A stretch of 64,000 bases of DNA, taken from contig CAZGJX010000002.1 in the NCBI GenBank assembly GCA_964525635.1, positions 12,024 through 76,023 on the forward strand, read 5' to 3'. This DNA comes from an uncultured archaeon. Lineage in GTDB: Archaea; Asgardarchaeota; Lokiarchaeia; Sigyniarchaeales; SOKP01. The position numbers were made by a program, and so were the translations under genes. Positions 9,925 to 19,032 of this stretch are shown in pieces. The notes under the pieces are model-generated. The model ran no database searches, was not told the DNA's origin, and saw only the letters and a list, made by a program, of their open reading frames with translations. Every line of letters starts with the position of its first letter. Position 1 is the first letter of the stretch.

Positions 9925-11463
9925 TTAATATGATTCCTCTCTTAACCATTTTATTGGATTAATATATAAATCTCTGATATCTGCTCGTTGGAACCTAAGC
10001 ATAGCTAACCTTTCAAGACCTAAACCCCAAGCAAGTACTCTAGTTGGATTCTTTATACCCCATGGATAAGTAACCTCTGGTCTGAAAATCCCTGAGCCTC
10101 CCATTTCCAACCATTCTCCTAATTTATCATAATATACTGATATCTCCATACTGGGCTCTGTATATGGAAAGAATCCTGGACGTGTGATAATCTTTTCAAA
10201 ACCCATTTTTTTATAAAATTCAGAAATAATTCCAATTAAATCACATAAAGTTACGTTCTCATCAATAACAATTCCCTCAATTTGCGTAAATTCAGCTAAA
10301 TGAGATTTATCTACTTTTTCATTCCTAAAGACACGATCAATAGAGAATACTTTTATAGGAGGTTTTTCATTATTTTTATAATACTCCGAAAGTCTACGGA
10401 TTGTTGTTGCTGTTGTATGGGTTCTCAATAGAGTTTTCTTTGCAATATCCTCGTCCCAATTATAACCCCAACCAATAGATCCTGAATTCCCTCCATTTTC
10501 ATGAGTATCTCTTATAGCCTGAATAGAACTTTTTTGTGGTAATTTTGATTCTTTTGGATTATTTAAATAAAATGTGTCATGTAATTCTCTTGCAGGATGA
10601 TCTTGGGGTTGAAATAAAGCATCAAAATTGAAGAAAGCACTTTCAACAATTGGACCTCTAATTTCTGTAAAGCCCATTGATAAGAAAATCTCTCTAATTT
10701 CATTAATAAAGTTTATCATTGGATGGATTTTTCCACTTTGTAATAATGGACCTGGTTTTGAAATATCAAATGGTTTTAAGTCACAATCTTTCCAGCTACC
10801 AGATAATATCATTTCTGAAGTTAATTTACTTACTTGTTTTAATTCTTGAATTTTAGATAATGATATTTTTTTTCCTTTCTCAGTTAGATATATTTTTCTT
10901 TGGATTTTTTTTTCCTTTTTTATTAATTGCCTTTTATTGAGTAAATCAAAAAATTCCTTCTCTTTTTCTAAAATCTTATCATAATCGACTTTTGTATCAG
11001 TTTTAAATCTCATTAAGAAACCTTCTAATTCAGTCTCGGGATATTTTTCTTCAATAGGGAAAATTTTAGACCCCGCAGATGCGTTACTTTGAGCTATCCA
11101 TTTGTTTTTCTTCATATATGAGATTCCAATATAAAATAATTTCTTATTAAAATTAGAGAGTTTTAGAAAATCTTGTAATGTTATTTCTTTAATATCTTCT
11201 TTTAATAATATATTAAGTAATTGTCTTTCTGGAAGACCATTTTTTAAATAAAATTTCCCTTCTTTATTTAGTAATATTTGATTTATTATCTCTTCTTTGA
11301 AATCTCCAAGAGTATTCTTCTTTAATTCATTAATAGCAGACATTAATACAATATAATCGATATTTAATTCATTTGCAAATTCAGATGCTACAATTAAATC
11401 GGTCTTTTTATTCTTAAGTTCTTTTAAGATGTTTATTGTCTGCTTTTCTAGTTTTATTGTCAT
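9925..11463 (-). CDS. pheS: Phenylalanine-tRNA ligase alpha subunit (archaeal/eukaryal type)
   Basis: NFDALFQPQDHPARELHDTF, LRTHTT, RVFRNE, FPYTEPS, GSGIFRPE, AWGLGLERL. Confidence 0.97.
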   Translation of the reverse strand: MTIKLEKQTINILKELKNKKTDLIVASEFANELNIDYIVLMSAINELKKNTLGDFKEEIINQILLNKEGKFYLKNGLPERQLLNILLKEDIKEITLQDFLKLSNFNKKLFYIGISYMKKNKWIAQSNASAGSKIFPIEEKYPETELEGFLMRFKTDTKVDYDKILEKEKEFFDLLNKRQLIKKEKKIQRKIYLTEKGKKISLSKIQELKQVSKLTSEMILSGSWKDCDLKPFDISKPGPLLQSGKIHPMINFINEIREIFLSMGFTEIRGPIVESAFFNFDALFQPQDHPARELHDTFYLNNPKESKLPQKSSIQAIRDTHENGGNSGSIGWGYNWDEDIAKKTLLRTHTTATTIRRLSEYYKNNEKPPIKVFSIDRVFRNEKVDKSHLAEFTQIEGIVIDENVTLCDLIGIISEFYKKMGFEKIITRPGFFPYTEPSMEISVYYDKLGEWLEMGGSGIFRPEVTYPWGIKNPTRVLAWGLGLERLAMLRFQRADIRDLYINPIKWLREESY

Positions 11464-11655
11464 TTTATAAGATTATATTTATTCTAAATCTAGGTATATT
11501 CTTTCTAAATTATCAATTTATTTAAATTTTTTGCTATAAATGCGTCTATCTTTAATTAGATTGGATATAAATTGAATTATCTTTGACTAGGATTATTTTA
11601 AATTTGAAATATTGAAATTATTAAGTTTTAATTACGATATTACTATAATTTGCAA

Positions 11656-11687
11656 CCAAGAGAATGATCTTAAATTCAATCTCTTGG
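11656..11687 (-). promoter_or_regulatory. Stem-loop in the pheS 5' region
   Basis: ccaagaga (11656-11663) and tctcttgg (11680-11687) form a perfect 8-bp inverted repeat, extendable by tga/tca past one mismatch. Confidence 0.45.
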
Positions 11688-11732
11688 CGGAATAAAGAAT
11701 TTAAAGAAAGTTATATCTTGAACTGAATTAAT

Positions 11733-11783
11733 TTAGAAATTAACACCTTTCGAAAAAAAAACTATATTCAATTCGAAATACAT
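11733..11783 (-). CDS. Candidate Phe-rich leader peptide MYFELNIVFFSKGVNF upstream of pheS
   Basis: 16-codon ATG..TAA ORF with 4 Phe codons. A TATA-like TTTATTAA lies at about -26..-19 from the ATG. Function is inferred. Confidence 0.3.
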   Translation of the reverse strand: MYFELNIVFFSKGVNF

Positions 11784-11840
11784 TTATACTTATCAAGGAA
11801 ATTAATAAATTCTCTTGAAAAATTTTTTCAATAAATCAGA

Positions 11841-12293
11841 TTATTTAATTAGATTTATTCTAATACTAGTAGAACTTATTTTTTCATTCCTTTCATTTTT
11901 TATATCAGGAATTACGATAATTATTAACAGTTTAAATCCTTTTTTTTTCCTTATTTCATTTATTTCCAAAGCATTCTTATAAGTTTCTCCACTAACAACT
12001 ATTCCTTCAAAATCTTCATCATTTATAGGAGGACCATAAGGAGTATCTAATTCTATTATCTCTACCTTATTTAAATTTGTTATAGTTTTAATGTATCCTT
12101 CTATTTTTTCTTTTCGAGTCTTATAACTTTCGATTTTTGATACATATCTTTTATTTATCAATAATTCATCGGTTGCTAGACCTATAACAACTTTTTTTGA
12201 GAAATCTAAAGCTGTTTTAATTAAAAATTTATGTCCTTCATGAAGATGATCAAAAGTTCCCCCTATACCTACCAAATCTAAAATTTTAATCAC
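11841..12293 (-). CDS. coaD: Phosphopantetheine adenylyltransferase (archaeal/eukaryal type)
   Basis: GGTFDHLHEGH (HxGH), PYGP, IVVSGET, KISSTSIR. Confidence 0.9.
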   Translation of the reverse strand: MIKILDLVGIGGTFDHLHEGHKFLIKTALDFSKKVVIGLATDELLINKRYVSKIESYKTRKEKIEGYIKTITNLNKVEIIELDTPYGPPINDEDFEGIVVSGETYKNALEINEIRKKKGFKLLIIIVIPDIKNERNEKISSTSIRINLIK

Positions 12294-12345
12294 CTTTTTT
12301 AAAAATGAAGGAATCTAAAAAGAATTAAAGAAATATATTTTCAAA

Positions 12346-12768
12346 TCAAGAATTTTTTATGGATATATTTTCTTTTTCATTGGAAATTGTTGAACCTTTT
12401 AATTTTATACAGTAAATTTGAGTTATTTCCATGGAATTATAACATTTATCACAATTTTCAATTTTTTTATAAACATAATCTCCTTCTTCATAATGCCTTA
12501 CTTTTGTAATATTACATTTTTTGCATTTTGTAATTGTTAAGGTTTGTCTCTTTGGTTCAGAAGGTTCACTTTGTATTTGCAATAAACTACTTCCAAAACA
12601 AATAAATGTGAAGCCTATGATATATTTATAAGCGTCATTCTCAATGATTGGACTGATAATAAATACTCCTCCTAAAATTATGAAAATTATAATAACAACA
12701 TGTTTTAATACTTTCTTCCAAGATATCTTATTATTTAAGATATCATCTTCATTTTCTTCTTCAATCAT
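12346..12768 (-). CDS. Two-TM membrane protein with C-terminal zinc ribbon
   Basis: Two hydrophobic helices, then CKKC...EGDYVYK..CDKC. Divergent from the DUF1512 gene. Confidence 0.7.
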   Translation of the reverse strand: MIEEENEDDILNNKISWKKVLKHVVIIIFIILGGVFIISPIIENDAYKYIIGFTFICFGSSLLQIQSEPSEPKRQTLTITKCKKCNITKVRHYEEGDYVYKKIENCDKCYNSMEITQIYCIKLKGSTISNEKENISIKNS

Positions 12769-12893
12769 ACAATATATACGCTATAGTTTCTCTTTATCTT
12801 ATAATAGAAAAGATTATATGATTAAATAAATTTTGTTATTATAAAAAGATACAATTCATATTTGAATTTTAAAAAAGGTTAAGGATAATAAAT

Positions 12894-14048
12894 ATGATTA
12901 TTCAATTGATGGGGCTATTTGGTGGTGGTGATAGTACAGATCCAGTGGGATTAACAATTAATCTATTGTTCTTTGGATTTTTCATCATAATGATGTTTTA
13001 TGCACAAAAATTACAAGCGTGGCAAGCAAGTAAGCAAATTCAAGCAGCTTTAGAAAAATTAGAAACTTGGGATGAAGAAAGTAAACAAATTCTACTAATT
13101 CAATATAGCAAATTTTCAGATGAAAAAGAAACAGATAAAGATATTATGATGAAACTTGAGGATCTTATGACATTTGTAACAATCGGTCCCGTAGATCTTG
13201 ATCCTTATGGTATAATTCCTAAATTTGATCATATTGTCGATGTTAGAAATAATCGTTTTGAGAATGAAGTTATGAAAATAGCTACCAAAGCAAATGATGT
13301 TCAATGTCAAAATCTTGAAAATTTGTTGGAAGCTGCTATGGCTGTTAATTTGATTTATCGTTTAATAAAGCATTATTTAATTTTAGGAAAGAAGTCTAAA
13401 TCTATGATTTTATTAATGTCAATCTCTATGCAACTTAATATTATTATGGGTTTGGCTAAGTCTTATTATAATGCAGCAAAAGCTTTCTCGGAGGGAAGTC
13501 CAATAGGTGATGGACTAGGTCCAATGGTTGTAGGAAGTTTGATAAGAGAAATAGTAAAAGATGTCGATATACCCCCTATTGATATAGCTAAACAGACTAT
13601 CTATCAAGAACTTGATTTTGAAGGAAGAACATTATTTGTTCTTAGAGCCAAAGGTCCCGGTGGAACTGTTGGAAAACCAGGAACTGCCATGAAAAAATTA
13701 GTTGAAAAATATAGTGATTCAATATCACTTATAATTACTATTGATGCAGGTCTTAAGTTTGAAGGAGAAAAAACAGGTTCTGTTGTAATAGGAGTTGGTG
13801 CTGCTATTGGAGGGATTGGTATAGAAAAATATTATATGGAAGAATCATCAACAGGAAAGTCAATACCTATTGAAGCATTGATCTGCAAACAATCTTTAGA
13901 AGATGCGATTACTACTATGAATCGTTCAATAACTCAATCTGTTCCAAAAATAGTAGAAAAAATAAAAACAGCTATAAGAGAACGTACTAAGGAAGGAACA
14001 AAAGTAATTATAGCAGGTATTGGAAATACTATTGGTATTGGAGTATAA
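12894..14048 (+). CDS. DUF1512-family archaeal membrane-anchored protein
   Basis: N-terminal TM, PVDLDPYGI, PIGDGLGP, KGPGGTVG.PG, IDAGLKFEGE.TG, GIGNTIGI. Confidence 0.75.
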   Translation: MIIQLMGLFGGGDSTDPVGLTINLLFFGFFIIMMFYAQKLQAWQASKQIQAALEKLETWDEESKQILLIQYSKFSDEKETDKDIMMKLEDLMTFVTIGPVDLDPYGIIPKFDHIVDVRNNRFENEVMKIATKANDVQCQNLENLLEAAMAVNLIYRLIKHYLILGKKSKSMILLMSISMQLNIIMGLAKSYYNAAKAFSEGSPIGDGLGPMVVGSLIREIVKDVDIPPIDIAKQTIYQELDFEGRTLFVLRAKGPGGTVGKPGTAMKKLVEKYSDSISLIITIDAGLKFEGEKTGSVVIGVGAAIGGIGIEKYYMEESSTGKSIPIEALICKQSLEDAITTMNRSITQSVPKIVEKIKTAIRERTKEGTKVIIAGIGNTIGIGV

Positions 14049-14190
14049 TCTTATCTCTTCAAAATCTCTTTTCTCTAATATTATTTTATAAAAAACAGCT
14101 CAATTTTTAGATTTTAATTGATTAAATTATTAATTTTCCTTTAATAATATTCATTTGGAATATGTTTAATTGGATTATAGATTGTTGATT

Positions 14191-14991
14191 ATGATTTCAA
14201 GCAAAAAAGAATTAGAAATAATAAAAGATAAAGAAGTCTTTTTTTTTGATTTGGATGGAACAATATATTTGGGAAATAAACTATTTGATAAAGTCCTTGA
14301 TTTAGTTAATATATTAAAAAGTAGAAAAGATACAAAATTTTTTTTCTTATCAAATAATTCGAGTAAATCAACTTATGATTATTTAACAAAATTAAATAAT
14401 TACAATTTAGATATAACTATCGATAACATCATTCTATCACAACATCCTGTTATATATTACTTAAAAAATGAAGGTTATAAGAAAATCTTTTTAATGGGAA
14501 CTACTTCATTAAAGGAAGAATTCAAAAAAGAAGGTTTTCAATTGACTGAAGAAATCCCTGAAATTTTAATATTAGCTTTTGATCAAGAATTAACTTATGA
14601 AAGACTTGTAAAAGCATCAAGATTTCTGGAAAATGATATTCCGTATATTGCAACTCATCTAGATGATAGATGTCCAACTGAAAATGGATATATTCCAGAT
14701 GCAGGGGGATTTGCATCTCTTTTATACAAAACTACAGAAAGAATGCCAAGAGTTTTTGGAAAACCCAATAAAGAAATGTTATTATTTAAACTTCAAAAAT
14801 TAGGAATTTCTCCCAAAAAAGCTATTATGTTTGGAGATAGACTTTATACTGATATAAAGATGGGTATAAATTCCGGTATTACGACCTGTTGTGTTCTCTC
14901 AGGTGAAACTAACCTCGATATGATTCAAGTAAGTGAAAATAAACCAGATCTAGTAATTGAAGGTGTCTGGAACTTATTAGATATATTATAA
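14191..14991 (+). CDS. HAD-IIA family hydrolase (NagD-like)
   Basis: FDLDGTIY, SNNS, GKP, MFGDRLYTDI, VLSGET. Confidence 0.92.
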   Translation: MISSKKELEIIKDKEVFFFDLDGTIYLGNKLFDKVLDLVNILKSRKDTKFFFLSNNSSKSTYDYLTKLNNYNLDITIDNIILSQHPVIYYLKNEGYKKIFLMGTTSLKEEFKKEGFQLTEEIPEILILAFDQELTYERLVKASRFLENDIPYIATHLDDRCPTENGYIPDAGGFASLLYKTTERMPRVFGKPNKEMLLFKLQKLGISPKKAIMFGDRLYTDIKMGINSGITTCCVLSGETNLDMIQVSENKPDLVIEGVWNLLDIL

Positions 14992-15082
14992 TAAAATTAT
15001 GTTTTTAATCCTCTTTTTAGGCAGAAAATAAATCATTTTTTACAATATCTATTTATATTTTTTACTAAATGTTAAATTTAAT

Positions 15083-15120
15083 AAGCTTTGCACTATCATG
15101 CACTCTGTGATACAAAGCTT
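15083..15120. promoter_or_regulatory. Putative operator (inverted repeat) upstream of the membrane-protein/wHTH operon
   Basis: aagctttg-N22-caaagctt, directly abutting a TATA-like tttaaata at 15119-15126. Confidence 0.55.
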
Positions 15121-15200
15121 TAAATATTAATTTTTATTATTACATCTTAAGAAATATTATTAGAAAATATTAGAAACTTTAATTTTAATTAGAGAAATAT

Positions 15201-15881
15201 ATGATAGAGCAAAAAGATTTAAAGAAAATTGAAGAAATCGCATGGAAATCCAATTTTGAACATGGTTTATGGGATATGTTATATGGGATTTTTTTAATTA
15301 TGACTATATTAATTAATTATTTAATGTTTTTTATGTATGATATAATTGATATAGCTAGTGAATATGTTCCCTTAATTTCTATAATTCTTGTTTTGAGTAT
15401 TATCTTTGCAATAGGTTTTCTTTTTAGATATTTATACGGATTGGTAGGTGTACCAAGAGTGGGATATGTAAAATATAGCCTAAAACGTAAGAGATTCTTA
15501 TATATAACTATAATTGGATTATTATTATACTTTATTTTTGTTTATATCTATGTAATCTACATATTTAACCTAATAGAGGAGAATCTAAATATAAAATATC
15601 TTATTTATATTTTACCTTTAATAAATGGTTTAATTATTTATATTATTCCTACTTGCATTGTTGCTTATTTTCTTGCATTCAAAAGATTATACGTATATGG
15701 ATTATTTGCAGGATTAGTGGAACTAATTAATGAACTTCTATTCGATATATTTGATACATTCTATTATTTTAGGGATTTATTAATGTCAATAGTTGGTTTA
15801 TTTATTATTAGTATTGGATTCATATTTTTTATTGTATTCCTCAAGAAGTACCCAAAAACAAACAAAAAGGGAGAGAAATGA
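15201..15881 (+). CDS. Multi-pass membrane protein (paralog 1)
   Basis: About 6 TM segments. WKSNFEHGLWD, PRVGYVKY, FLKKYPK. Confidence 0.75.
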   Translation: MIEQKDLKKIEEIAWKSNFEHGLWDMLYGIFLIMTILINYLMFFMYDIIDIASEYVPLISIILVLSIIFAIGFLFRYLYGLVGVPRVGYVKYSLKRKRFLYITIIGLLLYFIFVYIYVIYIFNLIEENLNIKYLIYILPLINGLIIYIIPTCIVAYFLAFKRLYVYGLFAGLVELINELLFDIFDTFYYFRDLLMSIVGLFIISIGFIFFIVFLKKYPKTNKKGEK

Positions 15882-16534
15882 TAGAGGTAAAATTTTTAAA
15901 AAAAATGGAAAAAAAAATCTGGAAATCAAATTTTAAACATGGATTATGGGATATATTATTTGGTACAATATTAATTATCCTTATCCCAACTCACTATTTT
16001 ATTGGTAATATTGCTTTAAGAATAACTATGGGTCATCATTCATTTATTTTTTGGTACGTTTTTCTTGGTTTTTCTTGTTTAACTGGATTATGTATTTTGT
16101 TTAAATATTTAAGTGATACCTTGATTTCTGAAAGGGTTGGATTTGTGAAATATAGAGCAAATCGTAAAATAATATTGAAAAAGATGATAATTTTATGCAT
16201 AATTTATCTAGGAGTTATTCTTTTGTTCTTTGGATATATTTATACAAAACTTATATATCCCATAATGGGAAATGATCGATTTTTTAATGCTATTTGTGCA
16301 GGTTTAATGATATTTCTTATTCCCTGTAGTATTACCGCTTATTTAATTGAATTTAAAAAGCTGTATATATATGGATTATTAACAGCAATAGGTACCTTAG
16401 TTAATGAAATCTTTGGATATTTTATAGGTAAATCCTATCCATTTTTAATATTATTAATAATTGGTTCAATAATTGTCTGTATAGGAATTTTAATATTTAT
16501 AAGATTCCTTAAGAAATATCCAAAATCAGTATGA
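15878..16534 (+). CDS. Multi-pass membrane protein (paralog 2)
   Basis: ATGA overlap with paralog 1. WKSNFKHGLWD, RVGFVKY, FLKKYPK. Confidence 0.75.
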   Translation: MIEVKFLKKMEKKIWKSNFKHGLWDILFGTILIILIPTHYFIGNIALRITMGHHSFIFWYVFLGFSCLTGLCILFKYLSDTLISERVGFVKYRANRKIILKKMIILCIIYLGVILLFFGYIYTKLIYPIMGNDRFFNAICAGLMIFLIPCSITAYLIEFKKLYIYGLLTAIGTLVNEIFGYFIGKSYPFLILLIIGSIIVCIGILIFIRFLKKYPKSV

Positions 16535-16543
16535 GTGATATTA

Positions 16544-16879
16544 ATGAAAAATAATAAAGATGAAATTAAGAATAGCTTACCAACAATGGATGATTTTGAT
16601 AAGATTATTCATGAACCTGCTCGCTTATTAATTTTATCAATTCTATATGTGTTGGAAAGCGCAGATTTCGTCTTTATTAAAAATCAGACAAAATTAACAG
16701 ATGGAAATTTATCTTCTCATTTAAGCAAACTTGAGGTGGTTGAGTTCATAGATGCTCAAAAAAAATTTATAGGAAAAAAACCAATAACAATTCTCAAGCT
16801 TTCTCAAAAAGGTAGAAGTGCATTTGAGAAATATAAAAAAAAAATGGTGTATTTTTTAAATAGCTTGAATAGGAGATAA
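16544..16879 (+). CDS. Winged-helix transcriptional regulator (HTH_34, ArsR/MarR-like)
   Basis: DKIIHEPARLLILS, LTDGNLSSHLSKLE, K.F.GKKP.T, GR.AF. Confidence 0.88.
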   Translation: MKNNKDEIKNSLPTMDDFDKIIHEPARLLILSILYVLESADFVFIKNQTKLTDGNLSSHLSKLEVVEFIDAQKKFIGKKPITILKLSQKGRSAFEKYKKKMVYFLNSLNRR

Positions 16880-16977
16880 TATTTTTATTTGTAAATAATT
16901 GGTTAGATTTTTAATCTTCTCTTTACTTTTTAAAAATTATCTTATTAATACAAATAAAATTCTTTAAATGTGGAAAA

Positions 16978-17770
16978 ATGAAATTAAAAAATAAAGTTGC
17001 TTTAGTTACTGGTGGTACTTTAGGTTATAAAGATAGTGGCCCTTCAATTGGAAGTGCTATAGCAATAAAGTTTGCAATAGAGGGTGCTAAAGTGGTTGTT
17101 ATAGATATTCTGGAAGAAATGGGTCAAAAAACAATAGCTCTTATTAAAAAAATAGTGGAAAAGGATTCTTCATTAGAGCAGATGTTTTAAATGAAACTGA
17201 AGTAAAAAATACAAATATTAAAGTTAAAGAAAAATATGGGCAATTACATATATTGGTAAATTGTGCTAACTCATATGAAGGAAATATTTCTAAAAATATT
17301 GTTGATATATCAATAGAAGATTGGAAAAGAACTATAGAAGTTAATTTAAATGGATATTTTTTATTTTCAAAATTCGCCATTCCCCTAATTTCAAAAGGCA
17401 ATGGTGGATCTATAAATAATATATCATCCTGCGCCGATTTTAAAGTATTAAAGGATTACTGTGTATATCCTGTTACTATAGCAGCTATGAATGCTTTAAC
17501 CCGATCATTAGCGATTTATTTTGCTCCTCAAATTCGATCTGCCCAGGATTTGTAAGAATTGCTAATTCAGAAGGAGATCGAAGTCCTGAAGAAATTCAGG
17601 AATGGTTAAATAAAATATCAAATACTTATCCCCCCCAAAGACGTGTCTGTATTATTGAAGAAATTGCTAATATTGCCTAATTTTTAGCAAGTAGTGATTC
17701 ATCTTTCATAAATGGCGAATGTATTATTGTTGATGGTGGAAGAATCATATCTGATACACATACTTTTTGA
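16978..17770 (+). pseudogene. SDR-family oxidoreductase pseudogene
   Basis: KVALVTGG at the start. Frameshift near the poly-A at about 17150, second frameshift at about 17539, in-frame TAA at 17678-17680. YxxxK is degraded to YPVTI. C-terminal SSFINGECIIVDGG is retained. Confidence 0.85.
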
Positions 17771-17960
17771 TATTATATTATAAATCCATTTAATTTGGAG
17801 TCAAAAATCTTAAGGAACAATAATATTATTCTTTTTCTTTTTTTCTATGTATATTCTTAAAATTTTTCAATTAAATATTCAATTTTGGACTATATCACTT
17901 TATATAATATCAAATATTTTTATTATATATTGAAATCTTAAATGAAGATTGAAATCATCA

Positions 17961-18842
17961 ATGAGTCTATTTAAACTTTGTATAAATGAAAAGGATAATG
18001 AAATTTTAAATAAGCTTAAACAACATTTAAATGTTAAAAATATACGCTATTATAACATTAGAGATGATATCCTTGGTAAAATTACACAATCAGGATTTGC
18101 TTTAGAAAATGGTTCAATAATTAAATTATGGATTATATCTACCAATATCACATCACTACCAGATGAAATTTATCAATTAGATAATCTAGAGAAATTAGTG
18201 TTTAAGAATTTAGATATTCATAATATAAGTAATTCTGTTGAGCATCTTTCACAGTTAAGTTCTCTCTCTATAAATAATTGTAGAATAAATAAACTCCCTC
18301 TTAGTTTTGAAAATTTAACTAATTTACGTATATTGGATTTAAGTAATAATTTACTAGAAGAATTACCTCAGAACATAGGAAAATTAAACAATTTAGAATT
18401 TTTATGGTGTAATGAAAATAAGATATCTTCACTTCCAGAAGGTATTGGAAATTTATCAAATCTTAAACTTTTATCAATAAATAATAATCTTCTCTCCGCC
18501 ATTCCTCCTTCAATTGAAAAATTATCCAATTTAGAAGCTATACAGGGTTCAAATAATCAATTAATTTCACTTCCAGAAGGTATTGGAAATTTATCAAAAT
18601 TAAGGACAATTAACATAGAAAATAATCAGATTTCTTCTCTCCCCGATTCAATAGGTAATTTAGAGAATCTAGGAGAATTAAAGTTATATAACAATCAACT
18701 TCATGATCTCCCAATTTCAATAAAAAATTGCAATAATATTTATAATATTACTCTTGGTAAAAATCCCTTAACAGATTCAAAAGAAATAAAAAAAAAGGTA
18801 GTCAAACTAATTCCCAAAAAAACTAGTATACTATGGGAATAG
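17961..18842 (+). CDS. Leucine-rich repeat protein (about 9 x 23-aa LRR)
   Basis: Repeated LxxLxLxxNxLxxLPxxIGxL after an N-terminal cap. Confidence 0.92.
   Translation: MSLFKLCINEKDNEILNKLKQHLNVKNIRYYNIRDDILGKITQSGFALENGSIIKLWIISTNITSLPDEIYQLDNLEKLVFKNLDIHNISNSVEHLSQLSSLSINNCRINKLPLSFENLTNLRILDLSNNLLEELPQNIGKLNNLEFLWCNENKISSLPEGIGNLSNLKLLSINNNLLSAIPPSIEKLSNLEAIQGSNNQLISLPEGIGNLSKLRTINIENNQISSLPDSIGNLENLGELKLYNNQLHDLPISIKNCNNIYNITLGKNPLTDSKEIKKKVVKLIPKKTSILWE
18428..18598 (+). repeat. Identical 33-nt direct repeat inside the LRR gene
   Basis: ttcacttccagaaggtattggaaatttatcaaa at 18428-18460 and 18566-18598, an offset of 138 nt (2 LRR units). Confidence 0.9.
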
Positions 18843-19032
18843 TGTTTATTTTTTTTTTGAATGAAAGCTCCTTTAAAATGAGTTATAATAAAAATATATT
18901 ATATTCATAATTATCCCAAATGGTTTTATATTGAACATAATATAATTTCTAATTAAACACTTCCAAATCTATAACTTTCTTTTAAAAATGTATTAAAGAA
19001 CAAATATAAAGTGTAAAAAACTGAAGAAGAAC

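Noticed and set aside
18428-18598. LRR direct repeat as a DGR template/variable repeat pair
   Set aside because: The copies are identical, with no adenine-specific mismatches, and no reverse transcriptase is in the window.
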